Origin: Nymphaea colorata
Taxonomy: Eukaryota
Direction: 5' to 3'
Length of the DNA: 64,000 bases
NCBI RefSeq assembly: GCF_008831285.2
Contig: NC_045138.2
Location: forward strand, 28,892,001 to 28,956,000
The translations under genes and the position numbers were made by a program. The notes below the pieces were generated by a model. That model was given only the letters and a program-made list of their open reading frames with translations, was not told where the DNA came from and ran no database searches. Below, in pieces: positions 35,988 through 49,677 of this stretch. Position 1 is the first letter of the stretch. Every line of letters starts with the position of its first letter.

Positions 35988-38682
35988 TGTGTGTGCGTGC
36001 ATGTTTTTTATAATGAGCACAATAAGATGAACTTTGTCCAAAAAAAATTCGCTAAGAGGTATTCATTTTATAATTTTAAATTTTTAAAGGACACTTGTAT
36101 GTTTGAAAAAACAAGCCATCGAAAAGTTTCTATATATAAAAAAAAAAAAAACATTTTCTGTAGATGTAGACCTGAGCAATTACCCACACCACGCCCAAAC
36201 AGCCTCCGTCCTTGGTTGGGACCATCGATATGTTTTTTCTGCAATAGAAATTCATACAGGTTGAACACAAAGACAGATGCACGACGGCCGAATAAAGGTA
36301 TCGAGTTGTCATTTTGTTCCACATAAAATTAAAATACAGATGGCAACGTCAACCGACAATGGGCCCCTGTTTTCTGTGGAGTTCTGAACTAGGATACGAC
36401 AAATGAGCAAAAGAAGTGAATATCATCCGGCTCACGTCATTTCATCACAAACTGATCTTTGTTATCTTGTTCTACAGCTCGAGCTTCATCAACTGTGCGA
36501 TTAGAATAAGAAGCCATGGCTGAACTCCAACTAATTGTGAATGCCAATTGATCACGATGTTATTTGTGTGATATATGTTTATACAGAAATTTTATGCTGT
36601 AATCAGATGGTTGAAAATTAAAAATCTATTATTAAAAGAAAACTGTTGTATGAGCATTAGCTACGGTTTATGATGCAGTCATCAGTTCACGGTATTTTTA
36701 GCAAAGATTCATCGCCTTTTTTAGTGATGGATTTTTCAAATTATAGCCATTCAATGCTGATAACCATGACTCTAACATATATTTGTCAAAATAAACAGCT
36801 GTTGAAAACGGCCTGAACATTTTGATAAGATGGCTGCTTCTTCATTTTTTTTTTTACTGTTTCCTCACTCCCTGTATTCCCTGACTCACTCCTTCCTTCC
36901 CGCCACCATGCCCACCAGCGGCCACTAGGCCTGCCGCCATCGTCGGGAAATGGCGCATGTGGCCGCCTCCCACCCTTTTCCCGACTCTCTCCTTCGCCAT
37001 TCCCTAACGCCGAAGGCACACAGGCACCGCAGCCGAACAGCAAGAGAGCCACCAGAGAATCGCCATCGGAGCCCAGAATAACCATCTCCGACGATTTTCC
37101 CTCTCGCCCGGCCGGGCAGAATCACATTCCAAATTTCTAGCCATCCCTTGACATCTTTCTCTTAATTTCAACAAATCACTGGCAAAGCCAAAAAAAAAAA
37201 GATGCTTTGCACAACGCACTGGCAACCCTCTCGCTCAACGGATTCATGAGGCTGTGGATGAAATTAAACCTGAACAACTCTACTCTGAACTGAAGATTTT
37301 TGTCAAATTCTAGTCTACTCTCCTCCAATCATGCATTTTGCTTTCTCGGATCTAATGAAGATTACGGACGCACTCTTGCTGTTGCTCCCTTCTTTTTTGT
37401 GTGTGTGGCTAAAAAAAACTGCACCCAAGCAGAGGGACTTTGGCTCTCCTCTAACTGGAAGCAAATTTCTATTGCTCTTTTTTCGAATCTTATGGTCAAA
37501 TTGATCTTTTTATGGCATGAACTCTGCATAAGTAGTTGACAATAGGACTAACTCACATCTAAAATTCTAAATTACTCGACCCATCTCAATATATATTCTG
37601 AATTTATTGATACGGTCTTATATTTGGAAATGGACAAGCAAGGACATCTTTAAGTTAAAATAAAAAGTTCCAATTATGTTTTTTTTTTCTTTTTTCTTTC
37701 AGTGCTTCAAATCAGAGAAAAAATTTTCATGTTATCTACCTTTCTTTCTGAAATGCCTGGTTTATGTTATTTTTCTTGGACTCTGAGCTAGCTAGAGCAA
37801 GATGCATCCTGACCTAGAATATGAGTTCGATGTAACGTTTCCTTTACTATCTACAAAAAATCGGATGTTAATTTTTCTCATATTATGAACAAGACCGACC
37901 ACATTTCTTCACCAGTTCCAACTTGGAACCAGATAAACCTCTATATTTCTGTTAGAACTGACCACCTAAGAGTTGGATACACCCAAAACCAGGATATAAT
38001 TCAGATGCTTACGATATGGGACGTTAGTTTCTCTCCTGGAAAAGAGAAATTCCCATCTTCATGCATACTTTTTGTCCGTAATTTTAAAGAGGAGATAGAC
38101 TTTTTGCGACTTCTCTAAGTACGGGCTACACTGTTTATGAAACTGTCGAATGAAAGCTTGAAGTGAACTTCCCTACGTTACCTTGTGAAATACAAAAATA
38201 TTAGCTGCGATTTTCTGAAATTAGAAAATCGGTCTTGACTTTTTTCAATTATAGCGAAAGGTAGGCCTAAAAAGAGAAAATTTCCAAAAAAAAAAAAGTA
38301 AACAAGAGCGAAGAGGCGCTAGCCAGTAATTGTTTATGCGAGTATGTCACCCATGTGAACAGGGGAACAAAGAGCAGAGTACTTCCACTAGATGTCAAAA
38401 TTTGCAGATGCCTTCAAGTTACCTACATGGTAGTCGTATTCTATGTGAATTTATAAAAATATTACCTGATATGACATTTCAGGGGATAGATGGTTCAGCA
38501 TCGAAAATGAAGCAATTACACTCATATAGATCAACAATGCTTTATGTGGTCTTCTAAACTAACCGATCGAAGGAATGTGATTTCCATTTAAAACCTAGAA
38601 ATCCACATTTGAATCAGTTTATCCAATGTGTAGGTCAAAGGAATTTATCAAAATTTATGACTTCAAACCTTACTGGCGCAGC

Positions 38683-38970
38683 CAAAAGAACTAATTTGTA
38701 TAGTGAAATTGCACAAAACCTGCTCTAAGGAGCATGGTTCAAACTGGTGAACTTGGGGTGCATTATGCGGTGCTCTGAGGGGCATAGCTCAAACTGGTGA
38801 ACTTACGGTGCATTATGCGGTGCTTTGAGGGGCATAGCTCAAACTGATGAACTTGGGGTGCAATATGCGACACCTTTCTGGGTGGGCATCAAAAAGAACT
38901 AATATGTATAGTAAAATTGTACAAAACCTACCTTAAGGGACATAAATCAATCTGATCAAGTTGGGGGGCA
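38683..38970. repeat. Nested repeat: 50-bp tandem units inside a longer duplication, probably DNA-transposon subterminal repeats
   Basis: AAACTG(G/A)TGAACTT at 38741, 38791 and 38841; AAAAGAACTAAT.TGTATAGT.AAATTG.ACAAAACCT at about 38684 and 38892. Confidence 0.85.
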
Positions 38971-39669
38971 TCTCTGGTTCAGCTCGTCGGAGATTATGTT
39001 TCTATTCTGTAAGGGGATCAAGTTGAAGCATGTGGAGATCTCGCCATCTGGTACTAACACAACTTTAGACTCTTTAGACAAGAGAAAAGAGGGGGTCTTC
39101 AGCTTTAGTAAGGGGGCCGGATTAAACCTCACCGGTCCGGAAATTGGACAAACCTTGTACAATTGAATAGCAGTGGATCTTAGTTCCGCACATAAGGCAG
39201 CTGCCAAAACTTTATGCCAAAGGAGTTCATCTGAGTTCGTCCTTTCTCAAAAATATCTAATGTATGATTTTCCGTAAACCATATAAGAATCAACACGTAA
39301 ATTGCTCGATCATGAAGAATATATGGTTAGGTCTTGGAAAGGGATAAGACGCTTTCATTGGGACAAAAATATGGGAAGTACCTTCGACCATTGCATCTGT
39401 TCATGTTATTTCGAAAAAATGAAATAAGAGAAGGGAAAAAAAAAACCACCACCGGTATTTTTCGAGATCGGTTTCTCCAAGAAGAAACTAGGATCATCTG
39501 ATGTATGGCCACGTAAAGTACACGCTTAGAAAATGACTAATAAGGAGAGAGTATCTGTCCACGTAGTTATTCTCCACACGTTTAGGCTTTTTGCATGGCA
39601 AGTTGCATAAAGCACAAAGGCTCAAACACAAATACATAAAGAGGTTATTGTAGGCACATGATCACTCAC

Positions 39670-39762
<93 letters not shown>

Positions 39763-42700
39763 CGTGCGTGCATGCATGTGTGTGTCTGTGAATGGGGTTT
39801 CAATTGTCATCTATGTGATAAACGTGGACCAATCCAGGCCACTTCTCGTAGCACAATTGGCTGCTCTTAAAGTTAAGAATGTGGTGAAGAAGCACATCGA
39901 AGCTTGTGCTTCATATGAGTTGACCTCTCATTAACGTCCTCAACCATTCACTGCGAAGGGGGAAAAAGTGTTAAGTTTGTTCGTTGAAACTGGGCTTGAA
40001 TCCCACTTTCATGCCCAATTCTGGAACTCATCAAGTAACTTATTATCTTGATAGAATTAAACTGCACCACGAATCCTACTTTCTTACTAGATTTATTGAA
40101 CTCATGTTTGTACAATTAAGTTCCATTGAAAGTAGACCATTGATAGGCAGACAAAGTCAACATGCATGGCCAGCCATAATTTAATAACTGTTTAGTCAAG
40201 GTTATTTTCAATACAAGTTCAAGTCAACACATGAACTTGAGTTTTGAACTCTTGACTTCCTTCAACCTCAGGTGTAGTTTTTAGTTGTATTAAGTTTCAA
40301 ATGTTATGTAACACGAGATACTAAAATCTTATATCTTAAAAGTTTAGATGTTTGGTATCTAAACAAGAATTTGAAATATATATCAAGGATACTATAGGTT
40401 TGTAAAGCCTGCACTTTGAAATCTACACATATAGATCTCAAGTCAGAGGTCTTCTATTCTACTTAAGATCCATAAATTTGAGACATACGAGGATCCCAAA
40501 TTGATGTTTTTTGGATCAACTGTTTACTAGAACCATGGATTCAAAGTAAACCCGGTTGCCTCAAGGGTGTAGCATACCTGGTCGAAGACAAAAGCATGTT
40601 GATGGCACATTTCTATTTTGATTCTTGTGGGTATTACTTCTCTATGCCTTTAAAGGATGAGGGCACCCATCGAGCTAAAGACAACTGATTGCTCAAATTA
40701 GCCTCGATGCATCCCAAGACCCAGGAGGCAAGGGGAATGGCGGGTCTCATTTTCAGGTGGTGGGTTGTTAACCACCGTGGACGATGAATTTGTTGTCTTT
40801 CAAATTTGACATGTATTTATCTGTTAAGCGGTGCTTATGCCTCAAAACATGAATCTGATGTGGTGTATTTTGCTGATATATAGTAAAAGATCCACAGTGA
40901 AATTCATAGATCTTAAGTCAAACCCACGATCCATATCTGATGGGAGGATCCGATTAAATCTATGGATCTCAGATCTAAAGATGATGGGTAAGAGTACTAG
41001 ATCAAAGGTAATTAAACACCCCCTTGTTATTACCATCGAGTATCTTTTTCAGGTTCAACTCTGGCAATTCGAAAATTGGTCTTTCACCAAACGGATCTAT
41101 AACACATTGTCAAGGTGCATGTTGATGGAAACAGCCTGCAAATTAACCTGACTTTGGAATTTGAAGGTGGATTGGAGCCCATCTCCCACATCATTTTCTC
41201 TTCTTCCCCGTGCATCTCAGTATCAGAGAGAGAGAGTCTTTCTTCTTTCATTGTTGTGGTCAAGAGGTCAGGCTGATTCGTGGTTGAATCTGTGCCTGTT
41301 AAAATTGCCTCCACACTTTTACAAGAGCAAGGTAAGCACACTAGCCTTTACGTGCACTTGCTTCTGAGTTGTAGAGTGTGATGGAAATGGTAGAGAGGAA
41401 GGCGATAGGTGACGGATCACTCTCGATCTCTCGTGAACCTTTTTTCTTCGATCAACTGTGGGGTACCGAGATTGACGTCGGACCCACGTGGCTCCCTGAA
41501 CGTATCTCGTGAGTTGCAGCAGCCTTCTGCTTCGTTTGAGGGTGAGACAAGGAGAGAGAGCGAGAAAGAGGCACGATTTTGCATGCCGCTTTATCAAATC
41601 AATTAATACAGAAAGCTATAGATGCTAAGTCACCTTTTCAACTTGTTCCACTAGCTTCGTGAAAGCAATGCAAGCAGAAATGGCTGCTAGAAAGAGAAGC
41701 CAGAAGCCAACTTCCTTGCCACTTTACGGCTGAAATTAATGTAAAAAAGCCAAGTCACCTGCACTTTGCAACTTGGTCCCTGCAAGCGGCGACTGACAAT
41801 GGCTGCTGGAAATCATGTGGGTGCTGAATCTTGTTGATCAAAGATGGATAATAAATTTTGATGTGCGCATCATATATCCCACTAATATTCGTCTGGTACA
41901 ACGTTGGTATCAAGCATGTGAAATCTCTCTCTCCCTCACTTTCTCTCTCTAGGTCTCTCTTTCTTTTTGCATGCCCACGTGGAAGTACGGTGACAACGTG
42001 AGCATATAAGGTTGAAAACGAATTAGAAGGAAAGAAGCAAATTTTCTACTTGAGGCTAATCAGTTCTCTCAGTTAAAGTACATAAAATGTCAAATTTATG
42101 CTACCTGAATTGTTGCATTGTCATGCTGAAATTAACAGTAACCAGAAGAGATGCTGTTAATGGTATTGGTTTTGGTAGTGATGCTGTGAATCTTTCTCTT
42201 GTATCTGTTTTTTCTAATTTTTTTTTTCCTTTGTATAGATCCATACAAAAATTGCATGCATGCTGAAAAATGTACATGAATTTATAGCATTTATGTGTAT
42301 GAGAAACTATTTATACATAGTGTCACATACAGCTAGTGCTTGCCACATTAATCAGAGTACCAGCTACAAATGAGCTATGTTATAACCTTTGAATTCTTCC
42401 TCGGAGAAACCTTTTCACTAAAACAGCGAAAAAATGGTGTTTGCTGTGAACAACGAAAAAGTGTGATTAAACAACTCGTAAGGAAATTTTTTCTAGACCG
42501 TTCAAGAAAAATGTGGCTTTACCCACATGACACTCTGTTTTTTCCTTTCTGCCACAACTTTTCCCCTCTTATCTAGTTCAGTGCAGTAACTGTAACAAAA
42601 GAGACGACAAAGTAACCCACGTCCACAAATTCTACCTTGAGGTGACTCTATATATTACCTCCAACCCATGCAGTTTCTACCTTCCAAGTTTCAACTTAGA

Positions 42701-42801
42701 AGATTGCATAAGATTATCTCTCTTTCGGGGTTCTCCTCAAAGACCCAACGGCAATTCAATCTTTCTCATTCTTTCAACTCCAAATCCAGTCACACCATTT
42801 C

Positions 42802-43368
42802 ATGGCGGCCCACACGCAAGTGTTACCAAATGGGTACCTCAACAATGGCTTCCCTAGGCCTTCTGGGCTGCCAATGGACACCCTTCAAAGGGCTGTCTCT
42901 GATCTATCTCTTGAGCTCAAGAAGGAGAATATTGTGGATCCAGCCAGGCAGCTTCCTCCTATATCAGAAGTCGAGAAGGCTGCCTGTGAGTGTTGTGGCA
43001 TGTCCGAGGACTTCACGCCACAGTACATAAAGAATGTGAGGGAGAAGTACTGTGGTAGGTGGATCTGTGGGCTCTGTGCCGTGGCTGTAGATGAGGAAGT
43101 AGGGAGACTTGGAAAGGATGCCATTCATGAGGCGCTCAATTCCCATATGGCAGTCTGTGTTAGGTTTAATAGAGTGGCCAGGGCCAATCCTGCGATGTTC
43201 CTAGCAGATGGCATGAGGGAGATCCTTAAGAGGGGCATGCGCGGGAGGTCGCAGTCGGCCCGCGTGCGGAATTGCACCGGCCAAAAGCCGCCGCTGATCA
43301 TGAGGAGCTCAAGCTGTATTCCAGCAATCTCCGGAGAGGAAGCCAGAGCTCATCTTAATTCTCATTGA
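42802..43368 (+). CDS. DUF1677 family protein, 188 aa
   Basis: LQRAVSDLSLEL, LPPISEVEKAACECCGMSEDFTPQYI, GRWICGLCAVAV, EALNSHMAVCVRFN, IMRSSSCIPAI. TATA-like TATATAT at about 42649. Confidence 0.94.
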   Translation: MAAHTQVLPNGYLNNGFPRPSGLPMDTLQRAVSDLSLELKKENIVDPARQLPPISEVEKAACECCGMSEDFTPQYIKNVREKYCGRWICGLCAVAVDEEVGRLGKDAIHEALNSHMAVCVRFNRVARANPAMFLADGMREILKRGMRGRSQSARVRNCTGQKPPLIMRSSSCIPAISGEEARAHLNSH

Positions 43369-46300
43369 AGTGATATAGATCGTCAAGCTTATTCTTCTTC
43401 TTCTTTTCTTTTCTTTTTTATGGCGGTTGGCTGTGGTATCGTTAAGCACAGAACTGGCTTCGTTGGTGCTTTGTTTTCTCCTTTCTTATGGAGTTTTGCA
43501 TAGCGAACTGCCATATGAAGAAACTATAATACTTAAACTTGTTACTTCACTAGTCCTGCTTTTTCTGGTTCCCTGTAGGAATCTTTTTCCGTTTTTCTTT
43601 GGGGGGGAGAGAATTTCCCTCTTGTTGGCATGAGTGGATCACCTTCTGTTGGAAGTCCACCAGCGCTGTGTTCCTGTGCATGTATTGAGCTATGTACTCC
43701 AGAAATGTATATTTATGCTTTTTAAGTAACAAAGGTAGCTACAGACCCCTTGGTACATGTAAATCATCAGAATCGTTGTCTCAATAAAAAATTTCTTTTC
43801 TTTTACTCGATAGTTTGAGGATAAGTGCACTTTGTTTAAGGTTTTGCAACAATCGAGAATTCTTTATTGTAGACCTATCTTTTTTGTTTTTTTCCATTTC
43901 TTTCAGAATAAGAGACTTTTCGGTTTTCATGATGCATGAAGAGAAAACGATTAGTTTCTTGAAAATTCATATCTCATGTATATGTCACGAAAAAGAGAAA
44001 CTCCAAAACTTGAAGCAAATATCGTGAAGATAATTGAGAATTGTTCTGCTTTCATAGTCTTAGGAGCCTTTCCCTCTATGTGATGGACATTCTGATAATC
44101 TTATAGTACCGATCTTGAGGCAACCAATCACTTCATTAACTAGTGTATATCAGAATGTGCTTTTGACCTTCTACAGCATTACCCGAGCTGCCGTTGTTGA
44201 TGGCGGCAGATGCTGCTAGTATCAATAGTAATAAGCGTCAATTATCAGCCGTTTCCGATCTCTTTAGTGACAGGGTTGCCTTACTCGTTGTTAATGTTGC
44301 AGTAAGCGAGACACTTAACCTCTTAATATTCCATTTTGAGCTATGAAGCATTGTATATATCAACATCATGAACTCAGAAATTTTCCCTAGAACGACACTC
44401 ATGGTAATTCTAGCTTTAGGCTTGGGAGTTTCACAGAGAGAGAGAGATAACATGATAAGCCAAATGCATTTATGACCAAAAACCAAATTTTTTTATTAGA
44501 TCTTTCAAAAACCAAACCATGATTAGTAAGATTATATAATCAACGTATTTTCAGTTACGTATTTGGCCCTTCACTGAAATTTTATAAAATTAGTAGGGTG
44601 CTTTCTTTTACATAAACTTCTTGTTGAAAACGACGTAAAAAGGGTATCGGTGCAATATCGGTTTGCTCACCGATACAGCTCACCGGCCAATACTTATAAC
44701 TACGTGTCGGCTAATTCGCCCACTTTTTATTGAATGAATTAAATGAAATTCTACAATATAATAATTTGATTTAGATATAAAAATTGGAAAAAGTGTAAAC
44801 CCTTATCGGCCGGTACGCTCCTATACAGAAGGGTATTGATAATACGCTCCTATATATGTCTACCCAGTTCAAAATCTATCATGTATGAGAATGAGGCTTA
44901 CAAGTTGGAAGGCAGAGCATGTCGTGCCCGAAACACATTAAACTTTCTTTTTTTTTTCATTTCAACAGTTCAATCTTTTCGTCAATGGATCTCCTTTCAG
45001 TACAACTGATGTTTTGTTTAGAAAAGGCATAGTTAGCAGCAACGGCACTTATCCGGGACTGGTCATCAAAACTATCATTCTATATTATTAAGAAAAGTCA
45101 GAAACATGAGACTCATATCTAAAAGCTATATAAACATGACGATTTTGAGCGGTGTTCCCATTCAACTGTAGGTTAATGGTCAGCTAACTCAAAGGCAATT
45201 CAGAAATCCACATTTAGAATATGTCTATAGATAGCATATCTTATACACATCATTTATATTTAAATTGAATGGTGTTTCTTCAGTTCTACTGATAAACTAC
45301 ACATAATTTAACATATAGTAGAAAAGTTCAACACAAGGCTTTTCTTATGAATCATGCATGCTTTGCTTCATACTTTCAAAAAATATGGTCTTGAAGCACT
45401 TTGAGCCGCTGTGTTATGTGTGTGTGTGTGTGTGTGTGTGGAGAGAGAGAGAGAAAGAAGACGTACGAATCACCAAAATACAGCGGGCTCAATGGTTCAA
45501 GTGGACTAACAAGAGGACCCACAAGCGCAGGCACTGACATCTCGCTAAAGTCAGACACCGTTGACATAGGAAGATAGTCAACATAAATTACTACTTTTCC
45601 ATCATTTAATCGATCCCTTTACCCGTTTCTCGCGATGCACTTTTCTGCTCCCAATGATTTAAGGGAAGGGTCTGTGTTGGTCAACCATTTATGAAGAGAG
45701 ATCAAGTCTACGCTTTTCGACGCAAGGTGCATGAACCAACAAGCAATATGTTTGAACGCAAGTTGATCGATCGGACAGTGACTACAAACTATGTAGGAAA
45801 CGCTGTTCCAGATTCATGCACGGATTCTGTTTCATGCTCATATCTTTTGGAGATCTTCTTCCTTTCTTTTCTTTCCGTTCATGGTTAAACCTCATGAGTT
45901 GCTTTGAGAATTAATTTCGTTGCATGTTATTTCCTTCGATTTTCCTTATAGCCAGGTGGGTAGTAGAACTCAGTTGCTATTTGCTTCAATTCAGTTCGTC
46001 TTCATCTCTACCCATTTGCAGTGATCTTCCATGTCGAAAAGATGGCTCCCCAAATGATACAAAGTCTAGAGAGAGAAAAGAAAATGGAAATTTCATTGAG
46101 AGGTAATGAAAACGTCATGATCGAAGCAGAGAGAGCAAAAGAGTTTTCACTTTCTTTTTTTTTTCCCTGCTCCTGCTAAAGGTAGAGTGCTTCACGAGAA
46201 ATGATTAGTGCAAATGAGTGGCTTTTTCTGGCAACGTAGCGTGTCGCTAAAACATTCTTTTAGCAGGGCGTCCTCCCTTTCACCAGAATGATATCTGAGC

Positions 46301-47339
46301 CATCAAAGGAAGCAATTAACCACCAACTACATTCACTGCGCACCAAAGCAGCCCACATGACCTCTAACTGCTAAGGGCGTTCATTGCATCTTGGTACTTG
46401 CTTTTTAAGTGCGTACCACGTTTTGCTTTATATATATATATAATTCCGCTCTTTTTTCTTTTCTTCTTAATATCAAACTAATCTTCAACACCTATATCTT
46501 TTGTCCTACGCATCTAAAAGCATGTAAAATAGCACATGAAACATTTTTTCTTGTGTGTGCATGCAAGGTTCTATAAAAGACCCATCTTCAGCCGCAACTC
46601 TGCATATTTAAGATAGATCAATCTCGGTTTATATGATGTCAAATATGAAGACCGTGTTTGTGGAGCTAGTTCTGTGCAAATTTTGAGAAATCCATCACAC
46701 TAGATACGAGAATGGTTTGACTTTGTTTTCTAATGTATAAGAAATTAAATGGTAACATCTCATTATTAGAACAACCTGTATAATTGGATTTATTTTTATA
46801 CTTTATTGAATGTTCATTATAAATTAAATGGTCACCGTGAAAATTTGATAGAGATAGAGATAGATTAAAATTAAGTTTTTCAATAGAAGATCATTATATA
46901 AAGTTGGGACCCGTAGTAAAATAAAAGTGTAAAGTGATGATGAGTTGGCGAAGCAACTGGATAGAAAGTGCGTCACTATCGTTTCCCCACACTACTATGG
47001 GCACAACAGTGCATAGGTCATAGAGGACACGGGCTGATCTAAGCTCAGTTCATGCACACATGGGCTCCTCCCTCATGCACCTACGTGTTCAAGAGCTCAC
47101 CATGAGGAGGGCTCATAGATATTTTACACCCATCTACCCTACCTTACTTTACTCTGTAGACTTTCTACTAGCCATGTCTCTCGCTCCCAATATTTCAAGC
47201 AGGCAAGAGGATAAATCCCCCCAAACAGGAGCCGGGAGCCGAAGCATTCCTCCCCTCTTTTCCCTTGCCTTCAGGGCCCAAAACTGCAATCGGTAATAGC
47301 CGGTGAGATTTCGACATACTTCAAGTCTGTCACAAAAAA

Positions 47340-47608
47340 CGTGTACGTATTAAACGGCAAAAAAAAAGATGGGTATAATACGGCAAAGTTCATATGTCTC
47401 GAGAATAAAACGGGAAAAATTTGATAAATTTTTAAAAAATTTTAAACATTTAATATATCTTAAAAATTATAAAAAAATAAAAATTAATAAAAATGGCAAA
47501 AAACGAAAAAAAAGTATAATATTTTTTATTTTTTTGATATTTTTTTAAAAAAAACACGTGTTTTAATAGTGTTTTTTTTTTAAAAAACGGCCCTTTTACG
47601 ATGCACTG
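47340..47608. mobile_element. Degenerate hAT-like non-autonomous fragment (AAACGG motifs)
   Basis: Repeated AAACGG/AATACGG motifs and an AT-rich core similar to about 29370-29470. The superfamily call is an inference. Confidence 0.4.
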
Positions 47609-48865
47609 CATAACGTGCCCCAGCCCGCCTGTTTGTCTCTCCCAATATTAAAACCCAAAAAACGAAGCAAAACATAAAAACAAAAAAGAGATCTGAACAA
47701 AAATATTAGCATACAATCAAGTCGCCCAAGTAAACCAGTTCTTTTGATCATCAAATCGAACTCTATTCAGCAATCGGGGTTATTTAAAAGAAAATTGATT
47801 GAAGAGTTCATCATTCCAACCGGCGGCAGCCTTTACGCCGGAGGTGCATGCAACTGAAAGGTTCCCAATCTGGGGCAGCCAAATATAATGGAGGTTGGGT
47901 CATACTCCCATTTACTACAATGAAAATTAACAAAAACTCTTATATATTAGCTCGGAGTCTCGGACCCATATGCAAACCAGTGAGAAAGAGAGAGTCCACG
48001 TTGACCGTTGACTATTGGGACAATCCAGATTCGGTACAGTAGAAAATGACGAGAGTCGAGACCCTTGTGCCAGACCCGACCCGTTTGGAACCGAACTTTT
48101 AGAGAGAGAGAGAGGAAGCCACCACATTGACCGTTTACTGAAAGTTTTGGAGAGTGTGGGCCTTCAAGTGTTTCTGACTGGATGTCTCCGTCTGTTGCTG
48201 TGACGCAGCAGGGCAAGTGGATTAACTGGTAAGGTCCCTTGTCAACCCTCAAAGTCAAAAGCTCTAGCTACATACAAACTACTCTGTAAGAGATATTACA
48301 GAAACATTACACAAGACAACGTAGGAAACTAAAATACATTTAAACAGAAAATGAATTATTATTCAAACATGACAAATTAGATTGGAGTTCCCATAAATGG
48401 CTTAATTTTTCATCTTTCCCATCTTATAAATGGTTTAAAGAGAACAAATATAAAAGAAAAAAAAAACCATCTTAAGTAGGGCCAGTCATGCATAATTTTG
48501 ATTTTTTTACTTCAAGATATAGTTTCTTTCCAAAGGCTCCCCCAATAAAGGGTTGACATGGAGTTTCTCAATCTAAAAGTGTTGAACTTTTTTTTTCAAG
48601 TACCTTCATTGATTAACATTCATTTGTTATTAATGTATGTGACTAAAACAAGTTGATTTTCACACAGATCGCCCCATTAATTCGTAAAAGTGCTCACTCT
48701 CTTCCAGCACCCATTTTTAGTAAGCAACGTCCCTTTCTCTCCTAAGCCGCATCTCCAAACCAGACCAATCACTCACGTAGTTGTCAAGGAAGAGATCTTT
48801 CCCTTTCCCTCCTGATCGCTACCAGTTTTACATCACAAGCCGTCCAATCTCTTCCCCCTGCGCCT

Positions 48866-48873
48866 TATAAATA
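48866..48873 (+). promoter_or_regulatory. TATA box of the second DUF1677 gene
   Basis: TATAAATA 50 bp upstream of ATG 48916; CCAAT at about 48844. Confidence 0.65.
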
Positions 48874-48915
48874 AGAGAATCAACTCTTCCAAAAGCCACA
48901 CACCTTTCGACAACC

Positions 48916-49577
48916 ATGGCACTCACTCCCGCAACAGAGCGTTCCAGCCCCAGCGAAGGACTGTTCCCTCCTCCAAGGCCGTCGGTGAGTTCGTTAGCAT
49001 CTTCTTCTAGATTTTATGATCTTGGTTTCTATCTGGACTTCATCTTCCTCATTGTGTATCTATACTGAGTCTTTTCTGATGGAATATGTCGGTTCAGATG
49101 AAGAAATCAATAGAGGGATTGCAGAGGTGCAAGTCGGACGTGACCACGAGCATCGGCGAGAAGCTGAACGAGCTGCAACTGAGTCCCATCAATGAGGTGG
49201 AGCAGGCGGAGTGCGAGTGCTGCGGAATGAGGGAGGAGTACACGGTGGGGTACGTGGGGGAGGTGAGGGGCTGCCATCAGGGGAAGTGGATCTGTGGGAT
49301 ATGCTCTGCGGATGTGAAGGAGCAGCTGGAGAAGGTGGAGAAGAAGGGGGACATGGACGAGGCGTTGAGGTGTCACATGGCGGAGTGCAGGAAGTTCAAC
49401 GGGACGATGAGGGTGAACCCCAAGCTCTGCCTGGCGGGGGCCATGAGGGACATCGTGAGGAGGTGCAGAGATGGGGGTGGTGGCCGGGAGGAGGACCGGC
49501 GAAGTGGAGGCAGGATTGGCCGGACCAGCAGCTGCGTTTCGAGAATTAACCTGGAGAGGGATCGACTCCACGTATAG
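48916..49577 (+). CDS. DUF1677 family protein, two exons (48916-48984, 49098-49577), 182 aa
   Basis: ACCATGG start, 23 codons, donor GTGAGT at 48985, acceptor TTCAG ending 49097, phase-0 join. Domain LSPINEVEQAECECCGMREEYT...GKWICGICS...EALRCHMAECRKFN...RTSSC. Confidence 0.9.
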
Positions 49578-49642
49578 CTAACAATTTATCAGTTAGAAAG
49601 CAGGTCATATTTATACATAATTAAACAGAGGCCATAGTTATG

Positions 49643-49677
<35 letters not shown>

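Noticed and set aside
38730..38870. Regularly spaced repeats superficially like a CRISPR array
   Set aside because: The units repeat along their whole length with no unique spacers; eukaryotic context, no cas genes.
39215..39226. TGCCAAAGGAG, identical to the miR399 5' end
   Set aside because: Only 11 nt match, and no complementary star arm nearby.
49107..49571. Antisense and shifted ORFs over the second DUF1677 gene
   Set aside because: Shadow frames of a GC-rich CDS.
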